Positions 46,916 to 55,263 of a DNA stretch of 64,000 bases are shown here, in pieces. A program made the translations under genes and the position numbers. The DNA comes from Candidatus Levybacteria bacterium CG2_30_37_29 (GTDB lineage Bacteria; Patescibacteriota; Microgenomatia; Levybacterales; GWA1-39-11). The first letter of the stretch is position 1. Every line of letters begins with the position of its first letter. The stretch lies in NCBI GenBank assembly GCA_001873215.1, contig MNYS01000009.1, positions 67,654-131,653 on the forward strand, given 5' to 3'. A model generated the notes under the pieces. That model worked only from the letters and a program-made list of their open reading frames with translations. It did no database searches and was not told where the DNA came from.

Positions 46916-47644
46916 ATGGAGAATATATTTTTTGAAAAGATTAACAATAAAAAGATTTTTTGTTATTTATCAGAACCCGAGCCATCTCTCAAAAAGATAG
47001 TAATCATGAGTCATGGATTTAGAGGAACCTCCGCTGGTCCTGCAAGGCAGTTTGTAGATTTCCAAAGAATTTTAAACAAAGAAGGTTTTTCTGTTTTACG
47101 TTTTGATCAACCTAATAGCGGCAATTCAGACGGAGACTTTTTGGATGTTTCTTATGCTGAGTGGGTAGATACAACCGTATATTTTGCCAAAAAATATTTA
47201 GATTCTGGCTATAAAGTTGCTTTGATGGGTCAGAGTATGGGAGCCGCTGTAAGCATAGTTGCGACTGAAAGACCAGAACTTAAAAACAAAATTCCTTGTA
47301 TTCTTCTTTGGGTACCGGGTGTAAATGATGGGGATTTTAAAGGAGAGGATGATGAAGTTTTTGAAGAGGCCGCTCAGAAATATAAGGGAATATTTTGGAA
47401 AGAAGCAAGGCAATTAGATACTTTTAAATGTTTGAAGGAATATACAGGTGGAATACATCTTGTTTACGGAGAGAAGGATGTATTTGTAAGTGCTGAGCTA
47501 CGTGCACGCGTGATAGAAATAGTTAAAGGGAAAAATCAACCCTATATGATTTTAAAAGGGCAAGATCATAGTCCTTGGGAATACGATTTAGTACAAGAAG
47601 TTTACAAACAAGAACTCGCAAAGTTAAAAGAATATCTACCCTAA
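46916..47644 (+). CDS. alpha/beta-fold hydrolase (serine hydrolase)
   Basis: 242 aa. Nucleophile elbow GQSMG. HG oxyanion motif (SHGFRG). Confidence 0.6.
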   Translation: MENIFFEKINNKKIFCYLSEPEPSLKKIVIMSHGFRGTSAGPARQFVDFQRILNKEGFSVLRFDQPNSGNSDGDFLDVSYAEWVDTTVYFAKKYLDSGYKVALMGQSMGAAVSIVATERPELKNKIPCILLWVPGVNDGDFKGEDDEVFEEAAQKYKGIFWKEARQLDTFKCLKEYTGGIHLVYGEKDVFVSAELRARVIEIVKGKNQPYMILKGQDHSPWEYDLVQEVYKQELAKLKEYLP

Positions 47645-49207
47645 ATCTTCTCTTTTTGAATGAAGGAAGAAAAACCACTGGTCAAAAAAGGACACAATTC
47701 CTTTGAATGGCGTTTCGATAACAAAATCAAGAATAAAAAGAAATATATTAATTTGAGAAATGCCTTCCGTAAGATATCTTCCGACACGGGCAATTGGCAT
47801 AAAGAAAAAATCGATGATTGGGGATAAAATGTTTTGTTTGTCTTCAACAGTATATAATTTTGCAGTTTGATTAATTCTGTATGCAAGAAAAGAAACAATT
47901 GCCAAAAAGAAAACAAAAATTATTTGAGAAACAAAAGTAAAATTAAGACGCGTCAGTACATAAATTACCAGACCAAAACTTAAAATAAATGTTGCAAACC
48001 AAGAAAAATTAAAAACGCTTGTCAGGAAAGGTTGATTGTTTTGGGGAGTTTTGCGAAGAATTATATTCCGCCCTATTTTTGGATTTGGGTCAAAAAGCAA
48101 TGTTTGAATACGCGAAAAAATTCTTTCCGAATTTTCCTTCCCCGGAGTCCGAATGAATAAACCAACAGCAACCATAAGAAAAGAAGGAATTATAATATTC
48201 AGAGATATACTGCCCCACATTATCCGTCCGTAAAAAAGATTTTCATATGTTCCTTCAATGGCAAATGCGACAAATACTTTTGAAAGCAGGACAAAAATAA
48301 AACTTCTTATTACTGCTCTTCTTACTTTTGCGGAAATACCGTTGTAGTGTTTTTGGCAAGTTTTAAAAATACTATTTTTAAATTCTTCATCATTTTTCAG
48401 GAGATCATAGATGTTTTCTTTTTGTATCCGAAGGATATCTTCAAAAATCAAAAAAGGTGGAATTTGCCTTTTGACATAAGTAAAAATTTTATGCCGCAAG
48501 GGGTAATTAAGTTGTGTTTCAATTTCCGTGTATCCTTGCCAAAAATTTTGGGTAACAGTTGGAAGTGACTCATCAGTCAGTTTTCCAAAATACTGTACAA
48601 AAAGTGAATACCTTAATAATGCAATATCGTTTTTTGCATAAGCCTTTTTTATTGAAATATATACTTGGGCGTCGCGGACAACTTGTGTGTCATCGGTAAT
48701 TGTAATATTATTTTTTATCAAATGGTATATATAATTTACCATTGTTTCTTTTCCCTGATTTAAATTAAGAATGTCTTCAAGATGGGAAGACATAAGCTGA
48801 AACATCCAGGTGGTCATAACAGCCTCTTTAATTTTATGTTGTTTTACAACTTGGTTTTTAAGACTAAGGTAAAGATTTATTGTTTTTGCAACATCAGTTA
48901 TTGTCTTTTCCTCAATTGATCCATCAGGGAAATACCTTGCCCATATTAGTTCTCGGATAAGGGGTGTGGCAACTTTCTCCCCATTCCCGCTTGAGATAAG
49001 TCTCCGTTTTAATATCCGCTCAATTGCGGCGCGCAAAATTACTTCTTCATCCCTATACTCTATTGCATTTCGAAGCTTTTCATACCACGCAGCAATTTCT
49101 GAAACAATTGTATTTACCGTCATTCCTTTTTCAGAATTAAAGACAGTTTTTTTGCAAAATTCCTTTACCAAAAATTCAGAATAATGATTTAATTTTTTCT
49201 CTTCCAT
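47636..49207 (-). CDS. hypothetical protein with C-terminal multi-TM region
   Basis: 523 aa. N-terminal soluble domain of about 300 aa, then 4-5 TM helices. No recognised motifs. Confidence 0.3.
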   Translation of the reverse strand: MEEKKLNHYSEFLVKEFCKKTVFNSEKGMTVNTIVSEIAAWYEKLRNAIEYRDEEVILRAAIERILKRRLISSGNGEKVATPLIRELIWARYFPDGSIEEKTITDVAKTINLYLSLKNQVVKQHKIKEAVMTTWMFQLMSSHLEDILNLNQGKETMVNYIYHLIKNNITITDDTQVVRDAQVYISIKKAYAKNDIALLRYSLFVQYFGKLTDESLPTVTQNFWQGYTEIETQLNYPLRHKIFTYVKRQIPPFLIFEDILRIQKENIYDLLKNDEEFKNSIFKTCQKHYNGISAKVRRAVIRSFIFVLLSKVFVAFAIEGTYENLFYGRIMWGSISLNIIIPSFLMVAVGLFIRTPGKENSERIFSRIQTLLFDPNPKIGRNIILRKTPQNNQPFLTSVFNFSWFATFILSFGLVIYVLTRLNFTFVSQIIFVFFLAIVSFLAYRINQTAKLYTVEDKQNILSPIIDFFFMPIARVGRYLTEGISQINIFLFILDFVIETPFKGIVSFFDQWFFFLHSKREDLG

Positions 49208-49292
49208 AATCTTGTATTATACCAGTTTGAACAAAGTTTGCTGGCAAGAGTATGTTTATAAATTGAATACATAAGCTTTGCTGTGTTAGAAT

Positions 49293-51419
49293 TTGCATGT
49301 GGACAAAGTTTACGAACATAAAAATGTTGAGGAGAAGATTTATAAAGATTGGGAAGAAAAAGGCTATTTTGCACCCGAAGTAAACCCGGGTGGTATTCCT
49401 TATTGCATAATTTTACCTCCGCCAAACGCCAATGCGCCGCTTCATTTCGGCCACGCAATGTATGTAGTTGAAGATATTTTGATTCGCTATCACAGGATGC
49501 AGGGTGACGCGGCACTTTGGCTTCCCGGAGCAGATCATGCTGGATTTGAAACGCAATTTGTTTTTGAAAAGCATCTGCAAAAAGACGGAAAATCAAGATT
49601 TGATTACGACCGAGAAACTCTCTATAAAATGATTTGGGATTTTGTACAGAGTAATCGCGGAGGAATGGAAGGACAGCTTAGAAAACTCGGTTTTTCTCTT
49701 GACTGGTCCCGCAAAAAATTTACACTGGATCCGGATATCGTTGCAATTGTTTATAAAACTTTTAAAAAACTTTATGACGATGGCCTTATTTATAGAGCCA
49801 ATAGACTTGTAAATTATTGTACGTTTGATGGAACCTCATTTTCAGATCTTGAAGTAGTTCACCAAGAAAGAAAAAGCCCTCTTTACTACATAAAATATGG
49901 TCCTTTGGTTTTAGCAACAACGCGCCCTGAAACAAAATTTGGAGATACGGCTGTTGCGGTCAATCCAAAAGATAGCCGTTACAAAGAATATGTCGGAAAA
50001 GATCTTGACATAGAAACTGTTTTGGGAAGCGCAAAAATAAAAGTAGTTGCTGACGAAATGGTGGATATGGAATTTGGAACAGGAGTTGTAAAAATTACTC
50101 CTGCTCATGATTTCAATGATTTTGAAGTAGCGGAGAGACATAATTTGTCCTTAAAACAAGTCATTGGTTTTGACGGGAAGATGAATGAGTATGCGGGGAA
50201 GTTTGCCGGACTTTATATAAAACAAGCAAGAGCAGCAGTTGTAGAAGAAATGCAAAAAAAAGGTTTGATTGAAAAAATTGACGAGAGTTACGTGAATAGA
50301 ATTGGGCTTTGTTATAAATGCAAAAATGTTTTGGAGCCGTTACCTTTAGAGCAATGGTTTGTAAAAGTGAAACCTTTGGCAGAGAATGCAATTAAAGTTG
50401 TTAAAAATAAGAAAATAAAAATTACCCCAAAGAATTTTGAAACAATTTATTTTCAATGGCTTGAAAATTTGCGGGATTGGAATATTTCCCGCCAGACTGT
50501 TTGGGGGATTCGCATTCCGGCTTTCAAGTGTGAAAAATGTACGAAATGGATAGTGACTGATGGAAAAGTCCCTGAAAAATGTGCGAATTGTAACTCAAAC
50601 AAACTTATCCAAGATACTGACACTTTTGATACTTGGTTTTCTTCCGGGCAGTGGCCTTTCGCTGCGCTCAGGGCAAGCCGTGTTTCGACAGATTTAAAAA
50701 CTTTTTATCCTACATCTGTTATGGAAACAGGGAGGGACATTTTATTTTTTTGGGTGGCAAGAATGGTTATGCTTGGATTTTATATTACTGATGAGGCGCC
50801 ATTCAAGGAAGTTTTATTTCATGGTTTGGTAAATGATCCGTATGGTAGAAAAATGAGCAAATCAAAAGGTAATGTTGTAAATCCTTTGGAGTTGGTTGAC
50901 CAATACGGAGCAGATGCTGTACGCTTTGCCTTAATTTACGGAAACGCTACGGGAAATGATCAAGCGCTTTCGTATACCAAGCTTGACGGCGCAAGAAAAT
51001 TTGCAAACAAGCTATGGAATATGGCGCGCTTCATTGAGATGAAGCGAGTTCAAAGTTCAAAGTTAAAAGTTAAAAGTTATGAGTTTGAAGAATTGCTGAA
51101 AGAAGCAAAGAATGAAACTGATAAAGAGTGGGTTAAGAAAACACAAGGCTTAGTTTCTGAAGTTTCAAAATATATTGATAATTACCAATTTAATCTTGCT
51201 GCAGAACGCCTTTATGAATTTATCTGGCATGAATTTGCAGACAAATACATTGAAGATGTAAAAAACCGAATTGATGAAAACTCATACCTAATACTTGCTG
51301 CTTTATACTTAATACTTCTCAAGCTTCTCCACCCCTTCATGCCGTTTATAACTGAAGAAATAAATAAACAATTAGGTTTTAGTCAAGATTTAATTATTTC
51401 TGCTTGGCCCCATGATTAA
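49293..51419 (+). CDS. valS: valyl-tRNA synthetase (short form lacking the C-terminal coiled-coil)
   Basis: 708 aa. HIGH region PLHFGHA. KMSKS. ValRS-specific ATTRPETKFGDTAVAVNP and LHPFMPFITEE. Confidence 0.85.
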   Translation: MHVDKVYEHKNVEEKIYKDWEEKGYFAPEVNPGGIPYCIILPPPNANAPLHFGHAMYVVEDILIRYHRMQGDAALWLPGADHAGFETQFVFEKHLQKDGKSRFDYDRETLYKMIWDFVQSNRGGMEGQLRKLGFSLDWSRKKFTLDPDIVAIVYKTFKKLYDDGLIYRANRLVNYCTFDGTSFSDLEVVHQERKSPLYYIKYGPLVLATTRPETKFGDTAVAVNPKDSRYKEYVGKDLDIETVLGSAKIKVVADEMVDMEFGTGVVKITPAHDFNDFEVAERHNLSLKQVIGFDGKMNEYAGKFAGLYIKQARAAVVEEMQKKGLIEKIDESYVNRIGLCYKCKNVLEPLPLEQWFVKVKPLAENAIKVVKNKKIKITPKNFETIYFQWLENLRDWNISRQTVWGIRIPAFKCEKCTKWIVTDGKVPEKCANCNSNKLIQDTDTFDTWFSSGQWPFAALRASRVSTDLKTFYPTSVMETGRDILFFWVARMVMLGFYITDEAPFKEVLFHGLVNDPYGRKMSKSKGNVVNPLELVDQYGADAVRFALIYGNATGNDQALSYTKLDGARKFANKLWNMARFIEMKRVQSSKLKVKSYEFEELLKEAKNETDKEWVKKTQGLVSEVSKYIDNYQFNLAAERLYEFIWHEFADKYIEDVKNRIDENSYLILAALYLILLKLLHPFMPFITEEINKQLGFSQDLIISAWPHD

Positions 51420-51783
51420 TAAAGAATATTACCGCAAGATTACCGAGGTATTTCCGCGCCTTTTGTCTTCTGTCAAAACGCCTCTTTTAGAACTTCTTTG
51501 TTTGTTTCTTTTTCTGTTGGTGTTGTTTTTTGTTTGGGAGATAAATTATCTTTGGAATATATATCAGTCTGTAAAAAGCCAGCGGGCATACGTTGTACAA
51601 AAAGAGAAATATTGGGAAGGTGTAATCACACAACATCCTAATTTTCCTGACGCTTATTATCAAGCGGCGAGTTATGTCCTGAAACTTTCAGACAGTAAAA
51701 AAGCAGAAAAATTTCTTAACAAAGCGCTAATGCTTGATCCGAATTTTAAAGAGGCAATTGAATTAAAAAAAAGCTTGAATTAG
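51412..51783 (+). CDS. small TPR-like protein with N-terminal TM, hypothetical
   Basis: 123 aa. One hydrophobic helix and a TPR-like C-terminus. Confidence 0.3.
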   Translation: MINKEYYRKITEVFPRLLSSVKTPLLELLCLFLFLLVLFFVWEINYLWNIYQSVKSQRAYVVQKEKYWEGVITQHPNFPDAYYQAASYVLKLSDSKKAEKFLNKALMLDPNFKEAIELKKSLN

Positions 51784-51895
51784 AAGAGTTACACGACGCT
51801 TCAAGAAAACCGTGGACTTTAGTTCGCGGATGAATTGAAGGAAGTGAACATCTTTCCTTAGGGACGAAGCCCTGGCGTTCATGCCAGGGAAGATG

Positions 51896-52630
51896 TTATT
51901 CTCCTTTAGACGGTTCTTCCTTTGGTTTTTCAGAAGTCTCTTCAGTTTTCTCACCCTCGTCTGGTTTTTCTTCTCCCTCTTTTGCTTCCCCGCCTTCGGC
52001 GCCTTCGCCTGCTGTTTCTGCTGCTGCGACTTCTGCTGCTGCTTCTTCTGCCGCCGCTTCTGCTTCTGCTTCTTTTGTGACAAGCTCACCAATTTTGAAC
52101 ACTGTTTGGTCACCGTCTGTAATCATGGTAACACCGGTAGGCAAAGAAATATTTGAAACAAGAATACTTTGGTCGACCTCAGAAAGACTTTCTACATTTA
52201 CTTCAATTTTTTCAGGAAGGTCTGTTGGAAGAGCTTCAATTTCAAGCTCGTTTATTAAGTGAAGAAGTAGCCCAATTTTATTGGTAACTGCTTGCGGTTC
52301 GCCAACTGCGACAACTGGAATTTTTGCCACAATTTTTTCTTTAAGATTTACTTTGAAGAAATCTGCATGAAGTGTGTCGCGGCTTTTTGGCTCAATTTGT
52401 ACATTGTGGATAAGAACAGGAATTGTTTGTCCGTCGAAAGCAAGATCAACAAGTCCTGTTTCGTGAACCTCGTTAAAAACTTTTTTAAATTCTTTTACAG
52501 GAAGTTGAACCATTTGGGATTTGATGTCTTTTCCATAGATATTTCCCGGTAGTATTCCATCTCTGCGCAGCTTGCGTACTTGTTTTCCGCTGATTGTCCT
52601 TTTTTCAACTTTTAGATTTTCCCGCTTCAT
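51896..52630 (-). CDS. rplY: 50S ribosomal protein L25 / general stress protein Ctc form with acidic low-complexity C-terminal tail
   Basis: 244 aa. MKRENLKVEKRTISGKQVRKLRRDGILPGNIYGK is a classic L25 N-terminus. The tail is E/A/K-rich. Confidence 0.85.
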   Translation of the reverse strand: MKRENLKVEKRTISGKQVRKLRRDGILPGNIYGKDIKSQMVQLPVKEFKKVFNEVHETGLVDLAFDGQTIPVLIHNVQIEPKSRDTLHADFFKVNLKEKIVAKIPVVAVGEPQAVTNKIGLLLHLINELEIEALPTDLPEKIEVNVESLSEVDQSILVSNISLPTGVTMITDGDQTVFKIGELVTKEAEAEAAAEEAAAEVAAAETAGEGAEGGEAKEGEEKPDEGEKTEETSEKPKEEPSKGE

Positions 52631-52672
52631 ACGTAAGAAGTTATTATACTAAAGATACCAGAAAAAAACAAA

Positions 52673-53488
52673 CTAAACAACATATTCACAGTTTGATTTT
52701 AATCCTTCTATACAGCCTTTCATAGTTAATAATCTACTTAAACTTTCCTTGACGTGTATTCTCAAAACGCCCTTGTAAGTGTTTTTATTAACATACTGTT
52801 TTTTTAATTGCGATTTTTGATAAAAAGTCTTTGTAAATTGAGCAAGGGGAATATTTGTGGTTTTTGACCAAAACTTTTTGATTAATGGCTCGCGCCCGAT
52901 ATGAGAAATATTCAAACTTAAACGTGGAGTTAGGTCTGATGTTTTAACTCCCAACATATAAAGCCAAGAAATATAAAATTTAACCATTTGCGGATCAGAA
53001 TTGCAAAATCCTAAGCGGTGTTCGTGCTTATTTTTAAAACCTTCTGCCCAATAAAGCGCTACGCCCGCAATGAATAGTTCCCTTTTAGTCAGTTTTCCAA
53101 TCTCGCTTTTTCCATGTTTTAGTAATTTTTGTTCTTTATGTGCTCTATTTTTCTTCTCTTTTGCCTGAGCGAACTTTCTTCCTTTTTGTAAAGCAAGCGC
53201 TGAACGCTTTTTCAGTTTATTTATGTTTTCTTCCGAAAGGGAAATATCTGTGATCCAACCTCTTAGCGTGGTTTTGGGAACAGTAAGCGCAACGACGATG
53301 TCATTAAGGGAAGCCCCGTTTATTCTTAACCTTCTTGCCTCATCCTTAATATGTGAATTATACTTCACAATTTTTAGTATAAATTTCTCTCCGCACCAAG
53401 TCAAGAAGATTTTATAGGTATCGCTGTGCGGTTGATAATTACATTTATTTTTGCTAATATAGGTATGCGGGGTAGTGTAAAGCTGCAC
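52673..53488 (-). CDS. putative homing-endonuclease-like protein (N-terminal HTH + LAGLIDADG-like motif), antisense to and overlapping an intron-containing tRNA gene
   Basis: 271 aa (GTG start in the ORF track; the true start may be an internal GTG/TTG). HTH region INGASLNDIVVALTVPKTTLRGWI. LAGLIDADG-like ELFIAGVALYWAEGF motif. The family assignment is tentative. Confidence 0.35.
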   Translation of the reverse strand: MQLYTTPHTYISKNKCNYQPHSDTYKIFLTWCGEKFILKIVKYNSHIKDEARRLRINGASLNDIVVALTVPKTTLRGWITDISLSEENINKLKKRSALALQKGRKFAQAKEKKNRAHKEQKLLKHGKSEIGKLTKRELFIAGVALYWAEGFKNKHEHRLGFCNSDPQMVKFYISWLYMLGVKTSDLTPRLSLNISHIGREPLIKKFWSKTTNIPLAQFTKTFYQKSQLKKQYVNKNTYKGVLRIHVKESLSRLLTMKGCIEGLKSNCEYVV

Positions 53489-53723
53489 ACGAGGCTCAAA
53501 ATGGGCTCCCTGATTTTATTTCAGGGTTAATTCAGCTATATCGGTGGAATCCTGCTAAGGGCTATACCGAGGTAACCACGTTTAGTTTATATAAATATGG
53601 ACACCGTAGAGACTATACGCTGAAGTCCGATAAAAATCGGGCAAGATATAGTCCGACACTCCAAGTAATTGGAGCAACAGTATGCATAATCTTGTAGACA
53701 AGGTGCGATTCCTTGCCCCGCAA
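53466..53723 (+). tRNA. tRNA(CAU) (Met or Ile2-type) interrupted by a group I intron; exons 53466-53496 and 53685-53723
   Basis: Joining the exons rebuilds the anticodon loop CUCAUAA (anticodon CAU). Acceptor 5' TGCGGGG pairs with 3' CCCCGCA plus discriminator A. T arm CAAGG-TGCGATT-CCTTG. Caveats: the D loop lacks GG and T-loop position 55 is G, so it may be atypical or partly degenerate. Confidence 0.45.
53497..53684 (+). mobile_element. group I intron (small, Azoarcus-like IC3-type core) in the anticodon loop of tRNA(CAU)
   Basis: P1 pairs exon GGCU|CA with IGS UGGGCU, including the conserved exon-U.G wobble at the 5' splice site. P2 CCCTGA-TTTTATT-TCAGGG. P3 TTCAGC/GCTGAA. The R element GUAGAGACUAUACGC and the S element AAGAUAUAGUCCGAC form P7 (GACUAU/AUAGUC). 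P8 UCCGAUAAAAAUCGGG. P9 CUCCAA-GUAA-UUGGAG with a GNRA loop. Terminal omega-G at 53684. A P10 CAU/AUG pairing is possible. Confidence 0.6.
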
Positions 53724-53821
53724 CACAGTAGGAATAGATACATATAACTTCCTACAGCTTCACTAGTCAGTTATACATTCTTCATTATTTTAAACATAAC
53801 TTTTTCTGGTATTATAAGGAT

Positions 53822-55216
53822 GTGGAAAAAATAAAACCTTTACTTCTCTCTATTGTTGCAAACACACGTATTATTCGAATTGGAATCATTGTTTGGGTTT
53901 TTGCTCTGATTATTTTGGCGCTTTTTGTCTTTACCAGAACTAAAGAGACAAAACCAACTTCTTTTGCTCCAAAGCCTACTCAGACAAAAACAAATTTTCA
54001 AACTATTCCGCCTATAACATATTCTCAGCCGGAGACAATTTCCCAAGCAAAAAAACAACAAATATTTACGCTTTCAGGGGCAGCTGATGATATCCCAACA
54101 CTTGATTCCGAAGAGCAAGCATTTCTTCCCCTAATCAACGCTTTTAGGGCTGAAATTGGAGCTCCCGCATTAAAAGTTTCGGTTAATCTTACAAAGGCTT
54201 CGCAATGGATGGCACGCGATCTTGCGCAAAGAGGTATCCTTTCACACACGGATTCTTTAGGACGCACTCCGCAAGAAAGGGTTGCTTTTTTTGGATACTC
54301 ATATGTGCCTCTAGGTGAAAATGCAGCATGGGCAGGAGGAAGCGCGCAGGCTGTTTTTGACGGATGGAAAACCGGGTGTGATGATTTTGGAAGCGGATGT
54401 ACATACACTCACCGAGAGCAAATGAAAAGTCCAGGAATGAGCGCCATAGGGATTGGCAGAGCTCAAGGTTCTACCGGCAACTGGTTTTGGGTGACTGATT
54501 TTGGCGCTGTTCTTGACCAAGAACTTCCGCAAGTCACCGCAACACCAACAACTACCCCTACAAGCCCTACTGCTACCCCGACTCCTACATCAGAACCAAC
54601 CCAAATGCCAACGCCTACAGTAACTCCCGGCGGTCCAACAGAGACTCCAACCCCGACCGGAAATCCGACAGCAACTCCCACTCTAACGCCTGGCGGAACA
54701 GGAATAAAGATTACAATAAGTCTTCCTGGAATTGGCGGTACTGGTCAAGGAATAAATTCTAATCCTGTTCATAAAACAAGAGATGCAAATCTAAAACTTA
54801 TAGATGTACAAAATAACGAAGTAAAAAGTGTGAGCGGAAAAGTTGATTGGGATTCTGTAAATTATAATTATTCAGGCGTAATGGATTTGGGCACTGGAGT
54901 TACAAGCGGAAAGTACATAGTTAAAATAAGAGTAGCAAATATGCTTTGGAAACAAATACCGGGAATTGCTACGGTAACTTCCGGAAGTACAGCAAATACA
55001 ACGCTACCTGTAGAGCTTGTCGGTGGAGATACTGATAATGATAATCAGCTTACGTTGCAAGATTACAATACATTTATATACGATATTTTAAATTGCTATC
55101 TTACCGGTGGTAAAATTTGCGACGTTTTAGCAGTTGACTTAAATGATGACGGAAAGCTTGACGAAATAGATCTAAGTCTTCTCTATTCAGGATTTGCAAA
55201 AAGAAAAGGAGATTAA
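53822..55216 (+). CDS. secreted/anchored CAP (SCP/PR-1) domain protein with Pro/Thr-rich linker, beta-sandwich module and C-terminal dockerin-like Ca-binding repeat
   Basis: 464 aa. N-terminal signal anchor. CAP motifs (GENAAW, CTYTHREQM). PT linker TPTTTPTSPTATPTPTSEPTQMPTPTVTPG. C-terminus DLNDDGKLDEIDLSLLYSGFAKRKGD. Confidence 0.55.
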   Translation: MEKIKPLLLSIVANTRIIRIGIIVWVFALIILALFVFTRTKETKPTSFAPKPTQTKTNFQTIPPITYSQPETISQAKKQQIFTLSGAADDIPTLDSEEQAFLPLINAFRAEIGAPALKVSVNLTKASQWMARDLAQRGILSHTDSLGRTPQERVAFFGYSYVPLGENAAWAGGSAQAVFDGWKTGCDDFGSGCTYTHREQMKSPGMSAIGIGRAQGSTGNWFWVTDFGAVLDQELPQVTATPTTTPTSPTATPTPTSEPTQMPTPTVTPGGPTETPTPTGNPTATPTLTPGGTGIKITISLPGIGGTGQGINSNPVHKTRDANLKLIDVQNNEVKSVSGKVDWDSVNYNYSGVMDLGTGVTSGKYIVKIRVANMLWKQIPGIATVTSGSTANTTLPVELVGGDTDNDNQLTLQDYNTFIYDILNCYLTGGKICDVLAVDLNDDGKLDEIDLSLLYSGFAKRKGD

Positions 55217-55263
55217 GGGTAAAGATTGTTGCAATAAATAATTTAGTCTAGAATAATAGTAAA

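Noticed and set aside
51850-51895. Hairpin CCCTGGCGTTCATGCCAGGG downstream of rplY as an intrinsic terminator
   Set aside because: A good stem is present but no U-rich tract follows on the transcribed (minus) strand, so it is not called a terminator.
51763-52156. ORFs 51763-52113 (-, frame-shifted K/Q-rich) and 51881-52156 (+, C/F-rich) over the rplY 3' region
   Set aside because: Alternative-frame and antisense readings of the GAA/GCT-rich acidic tail of L25. rplY is well supported in its own frame.
53690-53726. Alternative reading of the tRNA 3' half as an initiator tRNA-fMet
   Set aside because: The CCCCGCAAC end resembles tRNA-fMet, but position 1 pairs with 72 (U-A) and the anticodon stem lacks the three G-C pairs. 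It is therefore called elongator Met/Ile2-type (CAU) rather than initiator.
54463-54681. 72-aa minus-strand ORF GVAVGFPVGVGV...
   Set aside because: Antisense of the PT linker in the CAP-dockerin gene. Same artefact as the M64 case.
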